Assembly (NCBI GenBank): GCA_051875715.1
Contig: JBJEHD010000077.1
Location: forward strand, 8,827-72,826
DNA: 64,000 nucleotides
Source: Bacteroidaceae bacterium
GTDB taxonomy: Bacteria > Bacteroidota > Bacteroidia > Bacteroidales > Bacteroidaceae
Direction of reading: 5' to 3'
A model generated the notes under the pieces. The model was not told where the DNA came from. It made no database searches and saw nothing but the letters and a program-made list of their open reading frames with translations. The first letter of the stretch is position 1; every line of letters begins with the position of its first letter. This document shows, piece by piece, positions 25,526-35,223 of the stretch. The position numbers and the translations under genes are program-made.

Positions 25526-26551
25526 TTAGCGCTGTACGCGACCGGATGCGTCGCCACCGGCCAATGCTTCTACTTCTTCTACCGAAACGAGGTTGAAGTC
25601 GCCGTTGATGGTGTGCTTCAGAGCCGATGCGGCTACGGCGAATTCGAGGGCTTCGCCCTGGTTGGGCTTCGTCATGAGGCCGTGGATGATACCGCCGGAG
25701 AAGGAGTCGCCACCACCGACGCGGTCGATGATCGGGTTGATGTCGTAGCGCTTCGATTCGTAGAATTCCGTACCGTTGTAGATCATGGCCTTCCATCCGT
25801 TGTGCGTAGCCGAGAAGGATTCGCGCAGCGTGGAGATGACATACTTGAAGCCGAATTCCTTGGCCATGGCCTGGAAAATGCCTTTGTAGCCGGCAGCGTC
25901 GGTCTTGCCGCCTTCTACGTCAGCGTCGGGCTTGAAGCCGAGGCAGAGTTCAGCGTCTTCTTCGTTGCCGATGCAGACGTCAACATACTGCATCAAGGGG
26001 CGCATGATGGATTGTGCTTTTTCCTTCGTCCACAGTTTCTTGCGGAAGTTCAGGTCGACCGAAACCGTTACGCCGTGACGCTTGGCGGCTTCGCAAGCCA
26101 GACGGGTCAGTTCGGCAGCCTTGTCGGAGATGGCCGGCGTGATGCCCGACCAGTGGAACCAGTCGGCTCCTTCCATGATGGCATCGAAATCGAAATCGGA
26201 AGCATCAGCTTCGGCAATGGCAGAGTGGGCGCGGTCGTAGATGACCTTGCTCGGACGCATGGAAGCACCGGTTTCCAGATAGTAGATACCTACGCGGTCG
26301 CCGCCACGGGCGATGAAATCCGTTTTCACGCCGAATTTTCTCAATGCGTTGACAGCAGACTGGCCGATTTCATGTTTCGGAAGTTTCGTCACAAAGTATG
26401 CCTCGTGACCGTAGTTGGCACAGCTGACAGCCACGTTGGCCTCGCCACCGCCGTATACCACGTCGAAGGAGTCGGATTGAACGAAACGCGTATTGCCCGG
26501 AGTAGACAGACGCAACATGATTTCACCTAAGGTAACAACTTTCTTTCCCAT
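25526..26551 (-). CDS. kdgK: 2-dehydro-3-deoxygluconokinase (PfkB family)
   Basis: 341 aa. PfkB motifs are visible (VVYGGGEANVAV near the N-terminus, DRVGGGDSFSGG near the C-terminus). Confidence 0.9.
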   Translation of the reverse strand: MGKKVVTLGEIMLRLSTPGNTRFVQSDSFDVVYGGGEANVAVSCANYGHEAYFVTKLPKHEIGQSAVNALRKFGVKTDFIARGGDRVGIYYLETGASMRPSKVIYDRAHSAIAEADASDFDFDAIMEGADWFHWSGITPAISDKAAELTRLACEAAKRHGVTVSVDLNFRKKLWTKEKAQSIMRPLMQYVDVCIGNEEDAELCLGFKPDADVEGGKTDAAGYKGIFQAMAKEFGFKYVISTLRESFSATHNGWKAMIYNGTEFYESKRYDINPIIDRVGGGDSFSGGIIHGLMTKPNQGEALEFAVAASALKHTINGDFNLVSVEEVEALAGGDASGRVQR

Positions 26552-26690
26552 AATAGTGCGTTTTTTAATAAATAAGTTATGTATATCAATGTATTATATC
26601 TCTTTCAATTTATTATCGCCTGCTTGCAGGCATACACAAACCTTTGATACAAAGGAAATACATACATAGCATTAGACTTTGAAACCTTGT

Positions 26691-26712
26691 TTCGTGTACG
26701 CGCACAAAGATA
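26691..26712 (-). promoter_or_regulatory. Candidate kdgK promoter -7 box (TATCTTTG, 26705-26712) overlapped by a degenerate LacI-type operator (26691-26708)
   Basis: TTCGTGTACGCGCACAAA matches the perfect palindrome at 26773-26790 in 13 of 18 positions. CAAAGATA on the plus strand corresponds to TAnnTTTG on the minus strand. Confidence 0.45.
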
Positions 26713-26742
26713 CAACAATTTTCGTAATTACAAAAATTGTTA

Positions 26743-26750
26743 TATATTTG
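26743..26750 (+). promoter_or_regulatory. Bacteroidetes -7 box TATATTTG upstream of the LacI-family regulator gene
   Basis: Exact TAnnTTTG match 78 nt upstream of the ATG at 26828. Confidence 0.45.
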
Positions 26751-26772
26751 TATCGGAAAAATAAAATCTGTC

Positions 26773-26790
26773 ATTGTGTGCGCACACAAT
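26773..26790. promoter_or_regulatory. Perfect 18-bp palindrome ATTGTGTGCGCACACAAT, candidate LacI-family operator
   Basis: The sequence is perfectly self-complementary with the central CG typical of LacI-family operators. It lies between the -7 box and the regulator ATG, in the divergent kdgK / lacI-uxaA region. Confidence 0.6.
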
Positions 26791-26827
26791 TACGCCTGCG
26801 GACGCCGATAGATAAAAAAGGTATAAA

Positions 26828-27898
26828 ATGAGCAAGTTGCCCGAACGGATCCGCATCAAGGATATAGCCCGGCTGGCCGATGTGTCGGTCGGGACGGTGG
26901 ATAGGGTCATCCACGGAAGGGCGGGAGTTTCGGAAGCCAGCCGGAAAAGGGTGGAGGAGATTCTCGCTCAATTGGATTATCAGCCGAACAAGTATGCCAG
27001 CGCATTGGCGTCGAACAAGAAGTACACCATCGCTTGTCTGCTCCCTATGCACGAGGAGGGCGAATACTGGACGGCGGTAGAAAAAGGCATCCACGAGGCC
27101 GCCGCTGCTTTTTCCGATTTCCAAGTTTCCATCCGGTTGAGGTATTACGACCCATACGACTACCGCTCGTTCCTTTCCGAAGGCGACGAAGCCTTGAAGG
27201 ATGCACCGGACGGTGTCATCTTTGCCCCGACGGCCGAGCATTGCACACGTCTGTTCACCGACCGGCTGAATGCCGCCGCTATACCTTATATATATATAGA
27301 CTCCAACCTGCGCGAGGTTCCGGCGCTGGCTTTCTTCGGACAACATTCGCATCAAAGCGGCTACTTTGCCGCACGGATGCTGATGATGATGGCGGGAAAA
27401 CCCGACGAACTGGTCATCTTCCGGAAGATAAACGAAGGCATCGTCGGTTCGAACCAGCAGGAAAACCGGGAAAAAGGGTTCCGGCAGTACATGCAGGAGC
27501 ATCACCCCGACTGCCGCATCCTGGAACTCGACCTCTACGTGAAGAAACCCGAAGAAGATTTCTCGCGCATCGAAACCTTCCTGGCCGAACATCCTGCGGT
27601 CCGCTGCGGCATCACGTTCAATTCCAAAGTCTACATCGTGGGCGAATACCTGCAGTCGCGCGGCATCGGGGATTTCAACCTCTTGGGTTACGACCTGCTG
27701 GAGCGCAACGTGCAGAGTCTGAAAGCGGGCTACGTCACCTTCCTCATCGCCCAGCAGCCGGAACTGCAGGGCTATCACAGCGTGGAGGCCTTCTGCAACC
27801 ACCTCATCTTCAAAAAGGAGGTGGCGCCGGTCAACTACATGCCTATCGACTTGATAGCCAAGGAAACCATCGACTATTATATGAAATTTCAACAATAA
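26828..27898 (+). CDS. LacI-family transcriptional regulator (hexuronate module)
   Basis: 356 aa. N-terminal HTH IRIKDIARLADVSVGTVDRVIHGR plus a periplasmic-binding-protein-like sugar domain. Confidence 0.9.
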   Translation: MSKLPERIRIKDIARLADVSVGTVDRVIHGRAGVSEASRKRVEEILAQLDYQPNKYASALASNKKYTIACLLPMHEEGEYWTAVEKGIHEAAAAFSDFQVSIRLRYYDPYDYRSFLSEGDEALKDAPDGVIFAPTAEHCTRLFTDRLNAAAIPYIYIDSNLREVPALAFFGQHSHQSGYFAARMLMMMAGKPDELVIFRKINEGIVGSNQQENREKGFRQYMQEHHPDCRILELDLYVKKPEEDFSRIETFLAEHPAVRCGITFNSKVYIVGEYLQSRGIGDFNLLGYDLLERNVQSLKAGYVTFLIAQQPELQGYHSVEAFCNHLIFKKEVAPVNYMPIDLIAKETIDYYMKFQQ

Positions 27899-27916
27899 AT
27901 CAATTCAAACGAAAAC

Positions 27917-29410
27917 ATGGAAACTAAGTACCTTAAAATCAACCCGGCCGACAACGTGGTCGTTGCCATCTCTGCCTTGAAGGCCGGAGAAGAAATCTGC
28001 GTGGATAATACAACCATCCGCCTGACCGAGGATGTTCCCGCCGGGCATAAAATCGCCTTGAAAGACTTTGCCGAGGGTGAAAATGTCATCAAATACGGTT
28101 ATCCCATCGGTCATGCCCGCCAGGCTCTGAAGCAAGGATGCTGGGTGAACGAAAACAACATTCGGACCAACCTGGCCGGTTTGCTTTCCTATACCTATGA
28201 TCCGAAAACGGTTGAACTGGATATCCCCCAGCGCGGGCTGACCTTCAAGGGCTATCGGCGCAAAAACGGCGACGTAGGTGTCCGCAACGAGATATGGATT
28301 GTTCCTACGGTCGGATGCGTGAACGGCATCGTCAACCAATTGGCCGAAAACCTCCGTCGCGAGACCAACGGCGAGGGCGTGGATGCCATCGTGGCCTTCC
28401 CGCACAACTACGGTTGCTCGCAGTTGGGCGACGACCATGAGAATACCAAAAAAATCCTGCGCGACATGGTGCTCCATCCCAATGCAGGGGCCGTGTTGGT
28501 GGTCGGCCTTGGCTGCGAGAACAACCAGCCCGACGTGTTCCGCGAATTTGTGGGCGAATACGACCCCGAACGTGTGGCCTTCCTCGTGTCGCAGAAGGTG
28601 CAGGGCGACGAGGTGGAAGAAGGCATGAAGGTGCTTCGCCAACTCTACGCCAAGGCTCGCGAGGACAAACGTGTGGACGTGCCCCTTTCGGAACTGCGTG
28701 TAGGCTTGAAGTGTGGAGGCTCCGACGGCTTCTCCGGCATCACGGCCAATCCGTTGCTGGGTATGTTCTCTGACTTCCTCATCGCCCAGGGCGGAACGTC
28801 GGTGCTGACCGAAGTGCCGGAAATGTTTGGCGCGGAAACCATCCTGATGAACCGCTGCCGTAATCGTGAGCTGTTCGACCAGACAGTGAAACTCATCAAC
28901 GACTTTAAGGAATACTTCCTCTCCCACGGCGAGCCGGTGGGCGAGAATCCCTCGCCGGGCAACAAGGCGGGCGGCATCTCCACGCTGGAGGACAAGGCAC
29001 TCGGTTGCACGCAGAAGTGTGGCAAGAGTTATGTGGAAGGCGTCATGCCTTATGGCGAACGCTTGCAGGTGAAGGGCTTGAACCTGTTGTCTGCTCCGGG
29101 CAACGACCTGGTGGCCGCTACCGCCTTGGCTTCGTGCGGATGCCATCTCGTATTGTTCACCACCGGACGTGGAACGCCTTTCGGCACGTATGTTCCGACG
29201 ATGAAGATTTCTACCAACTCGGCCTTGGCGGCCAACAAGCCCGGATGGATTGACTTCAACGCCGGTGTCATCGTTGAGAACGAACCGATGGAACAGACCC
29301 TTGAGCGCTTTGTGGACTACGTCATCCGGGTGGCCAGTGGTGAACAGACCAACAACGAGCGGAAAGGCTACCGCGAGATTGCTATTTTTAAGACCGGTGT
29401 GACACTGTAA
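27917..29410 (+). CDS. uxaA: Altronate dehydratase (UxaA family)
   Basis: 497 aa. N-terminal SAF domain (INPADNVVVA), conserved Cys-rich core (GLGCENNQ, LKCGGSDGFSG) and C-terminal GRGTPFG. Confidence 0.9.
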   Translation: METKYLKINPADNVVVAISALKAGEEICVDNTTIRLTEDVPAGHKIALKDFAEGENVIKYGYPIGHARQALKQGCWVNENNIRTNLAGLLSYTYDPKTVELDIPQRGLTFKGYRRKNGDVGVRNEIWIVPTVGCVNGIVNQLAENLRRETNGEGVDAIVAFPHNYGCSQLGDDHENTKKILRDMVLHPNAGAVLVVGLGCENNQPDVFREFVGEYDPERVAFLVSQKVQGDEVEEGMKVLRQLYAKAREDKRVDVPLSELRVGLKCGGSDGFSGITANPLLGMFSDFLIAQGGTSVLTEVPEMFGAETILMNRCRNRELFDQTVKLINDFKEYFLSHGEPVGENPSPGNKAGGISTLEDKALGCTQKCGKSYVEGVMPYGERLQVKGLNLLSAPGNDLVAATALASCGCHLVLFTTGRGTPFGTYVPTMKISTNSALAANKPGWIDFNAGVIVENEPMEQTLERFVDYVIRVASGEQTNNERKGYREIAIFKTGVTL

Positions 29411-29453
29411 GCCTATTGCCGAGAACCTAATTGACACAAGAATACTTTAACCT

Positions 29454-31556
29454 ATGAACAGAATCTATGTTTCTTTCGCCTTTATCAGTCTGCTGGCCGT
29501 GCAGGCGTTTGCCGGCCCTGTGGATGTCAGCACGGCTGAAGGCGTGGCCCGGACCTTTTTACGGAAGACACATTGTGCACCTGCGCGTGGACTGGCTTCG
29601 GAGGCATTGACCTTGGCCTATACCGATGCGAATGTGCAGACAGATGTCAACCGTTTCTATGTATTCAATCGTGAAGCCGGTAGTGGCTTTGTCATCGTGT
29701 CGGCCGACGACCGCACACGCAACGTGCTGGGCTATGCCGATACGGGCCGGTTTGACCTCGAGAATCTGCCTGAGAACATGGCCGCATGGCTCGACACCTA
29801 TCGCGATGCGTTGGACAACCTACCCGGACAGGTGCGTACCAAGGCTACGGCCGAGAGTACGTTGCCGGCCTCGGTAGAACCCTTGTTGGGGCAGATTGCC
29901 TATGGACAGACCGCTCCGTTCAACAGCCTTTGCCCCAAGTACAACCTTTTCAGCCGTTGTGTGACCGGATGCGCGGCCACCTCGATGGCGCAGGTCATGC
30001 GTTACTACCGCTATCCGAAACAGGGCATCGGTTCGTGCAGTTATACGACCAGTACTTTGAAGCTGGCGGTAGAGGCTGATTTCGGTGCTACCACCTACGA
30101 CTGGGAACACATGCTCGAGCGGTACGAGACGGGTGCCTATACCGCCGAGGAGTCTGCGGCGGTGGCTACGCTGATGTTCCACTGCGGCGCAGCCATGCGG
30201 ATGGACTATAATCGTGTGAGTGGAGCGACGGATTTCAATATGCTTAGTGCTTTCGTCAATACATTCAATTACGACGGAACCACCATCCGCCTGTGTTATC
30301 GTGACTATTACGACACACCTGCCTGGGAGGAACTCTTGCGCACCGAACTGAGCCAGGGACGCCCCGTGGTTTACAACGGCCAGTCGAGCGGGGGAGGGCA
30401 CTCCTTTGTGTGCGACGGCTACGATGCCGACGGCTTCTTCCACATCAACTGGGGATGGAACGGGCAGAGCGATGGCTATTTTGCGTTGAGCGTGCTCCAG
30501 CCGGAGACAGAAGGCGTTGGCGGGGGAGCAGGTGGTTATAACTACGGACAGTCTGCCTTGGTGGGTATCCAACCGCTGGCCGAGGGCGCGGAGAACACGC
30601 AGAAGGCCGACCTGCGGCTGTTGTTCATGGATTGCAATCAGGCCTCCATCTCGGGTATCGTCCAGGCCAACATCTCGTTTGCTCTGCTTAATTTCGGTGT
30701 GGCCGATTTCAAGGACAACTTGTATTGCCTCCTGGAAAATGAATCCGACTCGTACACGTTTGATATGGGAACCGTGACCGTGAAAAGCAGTCGCGCCATC
30801 GGTCTGACCCAGACTGTGAAGAGCGAACATTTCAAGCAGGGGACCTATCGCATGCGTTTGGTGACCAAGTCCGACGACCAAAACGGATGGATTCCCGTGC
30901 CCGTTCCCTCGTATCAGCCTGCCTACCTGACTGTGACGAAGAAAGACGACACGACGACATTCTCGCAGACCGATGCACCGCAGGCCCTGCCGCAGGTGAC
31001 GGATTTCGAGGTCGAGGGCAAACTGGTGAAGGGCAAGGAAGGAGTCTTCCGTCTGACAGTGAGCAACACAGGTGCCGAGTTGAACCAGGCCGTATGCCTG
31101 CTGATGGAGGTGGGCGAGCAGCAAGTGATGCTTGGCGTGGAAGGCGTTTATCTGCGCGACGGCGAGAGCAAGACGTTGACATTTAAGTCGATTCTCAATG
31201 TTGCCCCGGGCACGTACAACGTCTATCCGGCGCTTGAACGTTCGATGCTGAGTCCGTGGTTCTTGTCCGACGAGCCCTACCGGGTTCAGGTGTTGGCCGA
31301 AGGTTCATCGTTGGATAGGGCAACTGCCGAGGCGGCCGGCGTTCAGGTCCGCGCTGACGGACGGACGTGGCGTGTTGAGTCTGCCGAACGGTTGTTGGGC
31401 GTTCGCGTCATCGATCTCTCGGGACGTGTCGTGGCCGAATATGGCGCATCGGCCGAGGGAGTTGTCATTGTCGACCCTGCTTCGCTGCCCTCCGGTACGT
31501 ATCTTGTGCAAGTGTCCACATCCGTTGGCACGGTTGTTTGCAAACAGGTGAAATAA
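29454..31556 (+). CDS. C10-family (streptopain-like) cysteine peptidase with an N-terminal Spi-type prodomain and a T9SS C-terminal sorting domain
   Basis: 700 aa. Catalytic Cys context VTGCAATSMAQVMRYY and His context GGGHSFVCDGYD. The C-terminus is VRVIDLSGRVVAEY...LPSGTYLVQVSTSVGTVVCKQVK. Confidence 0.85.
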   Translation: MNRIYVSFAFISLLAVQAFAGPVDVSTAEGVARTFLRKTHCAPARGLASEALTLAYTDANVQTDVNRFYVFNREAGSGFVIVSADDRTRNVLGYADTGRFDLENLPENMAAWLDTYRDALDNLPGQVRTKATAESTLPASVEPLLGQIAYGQTAPFNSLCPKYNLFSRCVTGCAATSMAQVMRYYRYPKQGIGSCSYTTSTLKLAVEADFGATTYDWEHMLERYETGAYTAEESAAVATLMFHCGAAMRMDYNRVSGATDFNMLSAFVNTFNYDGTTIRLCYRDYYDTPAWEELLRTELSQGRPVVYNGQSSGGGHSFVCDGYDADGFFHINWGWNGQSDGYFALSVLQPETEGVGGGAGGYNYGQSALVGIQPLAEGAENTQKADLRLLFMDCNQASISGIVQANISFALLNFGVADFKDNLYCLLENESDSYTFDMGTVTVKSSRAIGLTQTVKSEHFKQGTYRMRLVTKSDDQNGWIPVPVPSYQPAYLTVTKKDDTTTFSQTDAPQALPQVTDFEVEGKLVKGKEGVFRLTVSNTGAELNQAVCLLMEVGEQQVMLGVEGVYLRDGESKTLTFKSILNVAPGTYNVYPALERSMLSPWFLSDEPYRVQVLAEGSSLDRATAEAAGVQVRADGRTWRVESAERLLGVRVIDLSGRVVAEYGASAEGVVIVDPASLPSGTYLVQVSTSVGTVVCKQVK

Positions 31557-31568
31557 CCTTATTGGCGT

Positions 31569-32126
31569 ATGAAACCATTCGTATTTATCATCGCATGTGT
31601 CGCCCTGCTGCCGTCTTGTCGAACCGGGAAGGCAGTGGGCGACCTGCCTTTTTCTACACAGATGACCGCTCCCTCTTTTGTGCCCGGCCCGAAGGCCATT
31701 GTCTACAAGACCAGGCACGACTATCGCGACCGCGTGCCGGTGTTGATGAACGAAGCCCGCACGGAGATTCTTTCCTATCCGGCTCCGGCTGATGTCTATT
31801 ACCGAGGCCGGCTGGCCTATCCCACACCCCTTGTCGATGACTACTTGCTCGACAACCGGGGTATCGGTGCCAGCGTGGCCTTTCTGGACTATACCTACGA
31901 GGCATACAGCCGGTTGGAGAAAACCCCTTCGCGAGCCGAACTGATGCAGCATCTTTTGGATACGCATCCTTTGCTGGAGGCCTGGAATTGCGGCCTGCGT
32001 ACCGACTATCAAGACGAGGTAGCCGAACTGAATGCCCGCATCGCCGAAGGTTTCCGTGGTTGCCGCTCGCTGCTGGGCGATTCGTTGGTGAAATTGCGGA
32101 CGGCACCGAAGCAGACAGGAGATTAA
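31569..32126 (+). CDS. Hypothetical lipoprotein
   Basis: 185 aa. Lipobox LLPSC. It starts 12 nt after the peptidase stop. No family was recognised. Confidence 0.6.
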   Translation: MKPFVFIIACVALLPSCRTGKAVGDLPFSTQMTAPSFVPGPKAIVYKTRHDYRDRVPVLMNEARTEILSYPAPADVYYRGRLAYPTPLVDDYLLDNRGIGASVAFLDYTYEAYSRLEKTPSRAELMQHLLDTHPLLEAWNCGLRTDYQDEVAELNARIAEGFRGCRSLLGDSLVKLRTAPKQTGD

Positions 32127-32402
32127 CCGCAGAAGGTCTGGAATACGATTGAAGGCGGTGTGTCATCATGGCCCGTCTGCGGCGTTGCTATCGGCATTCG
32201 GTCTTGGTCGTGTACGCCAACACTTCCTTCGACCTCAGCCTCAGCGCCTTGCATCTCGACTATTCTGACGCACCTTTGAGGCTGTGCCAAAATTGGAAGT
32301 TTTGACACAGCCTCTTCTGCATCCGGTGGCTTGCGTTTCACGCAGAGGTACGGACACCTGGTTCTTTGACCCCACGATGAATGCCGTATTCACATCACTC
32401 AA

Positions 32403-32446
32403 CGCGTGTACACACAAACCGCTTCGCGTGTACACACGTAAACAAG
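32403..32446. repeat. 2 x 22-bp array with core GTGTACAC
   Basis: The cores at 32406-13 and 32428-35 are exactly 22 bp apart. The reverse complement of copy 2 (gtgtgtacacgcgaagc) matches the unit of the 20233 array, so it is the same family in inverted orientation. Confidence 0.85.
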
Positions 32447-32533
32447 ATGGTGTGCAGGGAGGCAAAGTGCGATTTGGAAGGCCTTTTCCGGTCCAGCCGG
32501 AGTAGGGCCGGTCTCTTCAGAAACGATTGAGGC

Positions 32534-33829
32534 TTAGTCCCTCCTCCTCATGGCATAGCCGTAGCCGACGATGACAACGAAGCAGATGAGCGGAAGTACG
32601 AACGACACGTTTACGGCTGGCATCCCGAACAATTCCTTGCAGTCGATGATGGAGGCCTGTAGCGGGGGAAGCACGGAACCTCCGAGGATGGCCATGATGA
32701 GGCCCGCTGCACCAAATTTGGCATCGTCGCCCAGTCCGTGCAGGGCAATGCCGTAGATGGTGGGAAACATGAGCGACATACAGGCCGACACGCCTACCAG
32801 GCAATAGAGGCCATACGTGTTTTGGCAGAGAATCACTCCGCAGGTGAGCACCACTGCCGCGCAGGCCAGAGCCATCAGCAACCTGCCGGGGCGGACATAG
32901 CGCAGCATGAAGGTGCAGACGAAGCGGCTGGCGCAGAAGATAATCATTGCAACGATGTTGTATTGCTGCGAGAGCACCTCGGCCGCCTGCTCCTCCATGC
33001 CCTGACTCATGAAGAGGCGCGTGCCATACTGGATGATGAAGGTCCAGCACATGATTTGCGCACCCACGTAAAAGAACTGGGCCACCACTCCGTATCGGTA
33101 TCGCCTCAGGCTGAAGATGCGCTTCAGCGTAGGCAGGAAATCAATGGAATGGCTCTTGTCGGCATTACGCGGCATGGGCGTCAGCCGGATTACGGCCAGC
33201 ATCAGCAGAATCACCACCCCGATCACCAGATAGGGGGCAATCAGCACGGAGAGGTCGGCTTCCTTGACGGCTTCAAACTCGGCGGATGCGAGTTGGGCGC
33301 GCTGCACGGTGTCCAACGGGTTCAGCCGGTTTTGGATGAAGTTCATGGCTACATACATGCCCAGCAGCGATCCGATGGGGTTGAAGGCCTGGGCCAGGTT
33401 GAGCCGTCGCGTGGCGCTCTCCTCGTCGCCCATGGAGAGGATGTAGGGGTTGCAGCTGGTCTCCAGGAAAGAGAGTCCGCAAGTCATGACGAAGTAGGCC
33501 AGCAGGAACGGGTAGTACTCTCCCGTTTGCTTGGCCGGGAGGAACGCGAGGGCCCCCAAGGCATAGAGGCCTAAGCCCATGAGTACGCCAGCCTTGTAGC
33601 TGAAGCGTCGGATGAACATGGCGGCCGGAAAGGCCATGGCGAAATAGCCTCCATAGAAGGCCACTTGCACCAGTGCGCCATCGGTCACACTCATGCGGAA
33701 GATTTTGGAGAACGCCTTCACCATGGGGTTGGTGATGTCGTTGGCAAACCCCCATAGTGCAAAGCAGGAGGTGATAAGGATAAAAGGTATTACATAGTTG
33801 CCCTTTCGGCTCAGTGTGTTTTTGTTCAT
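32534..33829 (-). CDS. fucP: L-fucose:H+ symporter permease (MFS)
   Basis: 431 aa from the ATG at 33829 (MNKNTLSRKGNYVIPFILITSCFALWGFANDITN). It is colinear with my recollection of E. coli FucP. The longer ORF in the track is an upstream read-through. Confidence 0.9.
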   Translation of the reverse strand: MNKNTLSRKGNYVIPFILITSCFALWGFANDITNPMVKAFSKIFRMSVTDGALVQVAFYGGYFAMAFPAAMFIRRFSYKAGVLMGLGLYALGALAFLPAKQTGEYYPFLLAYFVMTCGLSFLETSCNPYILSMGDEESATRRLNLAQAFNPIGSLLGMYVAMNFIQNRLNPLDTVQRAQLASAEFEAVKEADLSVLIAPYLVIGVVILLMLAVIRLTPMPRNADKSHSIDFLPTLKRIFSLRRYRYGVVAQFFYVGAQIMCWTFIIQYGTRLFMSQGMEEQAAEVLSQQYNIVAMIIFCASRFVCTFMLRYVRPGRLLMALACAAVVLTCGVILCQNTYGLYCLVGVSACMSLMFPTIYGIALHGLGDDAKFGAAGLIMAILGGSVLPPLQASIIDCKELFGMPAVNVSFVLPLICFVVIVGYGYAMRRRD

Positions 33830-33852
33830 GGTATGCAAGTAAGGTGGATGAA

Positions 33853-35223
33853 TCAGAATGATTGTTGGTTCAGGGGGTGTGCCTGCTTTTGGATCAGGAT
33901 GTTGCCGATGGCAGTGGCTTCGACGGGGCCGGCTTCGACGGGGAGTCCGGTTGCCTCGGCGGTGAGCCGGTTGAGGAAATGGTTTTGTGCCCCTCCGCCA
34001 ATGATGCGCAACCGCTCGACTGGTGTCGGCAGGAGTGCGTTGAGCCCTTCGATGGCCCGACGATAACGGTCGGCCAGCGAGCGGAGCACGCACCTTACCA
34101 GTTCGCCCCGTGTGTGCGGCACAGGCTGTCCGCTGGTGCGGCAGCAGTTGGCAATGGCATCCGACATGGAGGCCGGGCTGACCAGGCGAGGGTCGTCCAC
34201 GTCGATCAGTGCGTCGAAGTCCGCCTTCTCGGCCTCGTCGATCAGCCGATCGTATGCCGTGTCCAGTCCCTGTTCTTTCCAGACTGCCATCAGCCGTTGC
34301 AGCATCCACAGCCCGGTGATGTTTTGCAGGAAGCAGATTTTGCCGTCGGCTCCTCCCTCGTTGGTAAATCCGCTCCGACGGGCCTCCTCGCTGAGGATGG
34401 GTCGTTCGGTTCGCACGCCCAGCAACGACCAGGTGCCAGAACTGAGAAAGGCGGTACATCCTCCATCGGCAGCGGGTGGGATGGCACAGACGGCACTGGC
34501 GGTGTCGTGCGAGGCGACGGCTACCACCGGCACCTCGTAGTCGATGCCGAGTTCCGCCATCAGGGCGGGTGTCAGTACGCCGCGATGGCTTCCCGGCAGG
34601 ACAATCTCGCCAAAAATCTGTGTCGGAAGTCCCAACTCTTCTATCAGCGGGTAGTTCCACTGTCCTGTGCGGATATCCATCAGTTCGGAGGTGGAGGCAA
34701 TGGTGTATTCATTGTTGGCCACCCCCGTCAGGAAATAGCTGAACAGGTCGGGCATGAAAAGCAGGCGGTCGGCCGCCTCCAGTTGCGGGTCGTTCTCCAG
34801 TTTTATGGAATACAGCTGAAAGAGTGTGTTGATGGGCATCACCTGTGTGCCGCACGCGGCGTAGTGAGCCTGTGCGTCGTGTGATGCGAAGAAACGCTCG
34901 GGTAGGCCGTCGGTGCGGTGGTCGCGGTAACAGACCGGGTTGCCCAGCAACCGTCCGTTGCGGTCAATCAGCCCGAAGTCCACGCCCCATGTGTCGATGC
35001 CGATGCTTCGGATTCGGTACCCCTTTTCCGCCGCCTGCCGGATGCCCCGTTTCATGTCCTCGAACAAGGAGAGGAAATCCCAGTAGATGCGACCGCCCAG
35101 TTCCACCTGGCGGTTGGGAAACCGGCTGACCGTGTCCAACTGCAGTTCGCCGGCTTCCTCGAAGCCGGCAATGACTCTGCCACTGCCGCCTCCGAGGTCG
35201 ATAGCCAAATATGCTTCTCTCAT
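33853..35223 (-). CDS. fucK: FGGY-family sugar kinase (rhamnulokinase-like), in the fuculokinase position of the operon
   Basis: 456 aa from the ATG at 35223 (MREAYLAIDLGGGSGRVIAG...IGIDTWGVDFGLID). ATGA overlap with the aldolase stop. Confidence 0.85.
   Translation of the reverse strand: MREAYLAIDLGGGSGRVIAGFEEAGELQLDTVSRFPNRQVELGGRIYWDFLSLFEDMKRGIRQAAEKGYRIRSIGIDTWGVDFGLIDRNGRLLGNPVCYRDHRTDGLPERFFASHDAQAHYAACGTQVMPINTLFQLYSIKLENDPQLEAADRLLFMPDLFSYFLTGVANNEYTIASTSELMDIRTGQWNYPLIEELGLPTQIFGEIVLPGSHRGVLTPALMAELGIDYEVPVVAVASHDTASAVCAIPPAADGGCTAFLSSGTWSLLGVRTERPILSEEARRSGFTNEGGADGKICFLQNITGLWMLQRLMAVWKEQGLDTAYDRLIDEAEKADFDALIDVDDPRLVSPASMSDAIANCCRTSGQPVPHTRGELVRCVLRSLADRYRRAIEGLNALLPTPVERLRIIGGGAQNHFLNRLTAEATGLPVEAGPVEATAIGNILIQKQAHPLNQQSF

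Noticed and set aside
32534-34660. The 708-aa ORF that would fuse FucP to an upstream Arg/Pro-rich extension. Comparable 5' extensions occur in the ORF track at 33853-35787, 35220-36080, 35893-37707, 45755-47455, 52009-53694 and 60432-61787.
   Set aside because: The extensions run through the 3' part of the neighbouring upstream gene in another frame and have biased composition. Internal ATGs give proteins whose N-termini and lengths match the known families (FucP, FGGY kinase, class II aldolase, FucI, lipoprotein signal peptide, TnaA, QueA).
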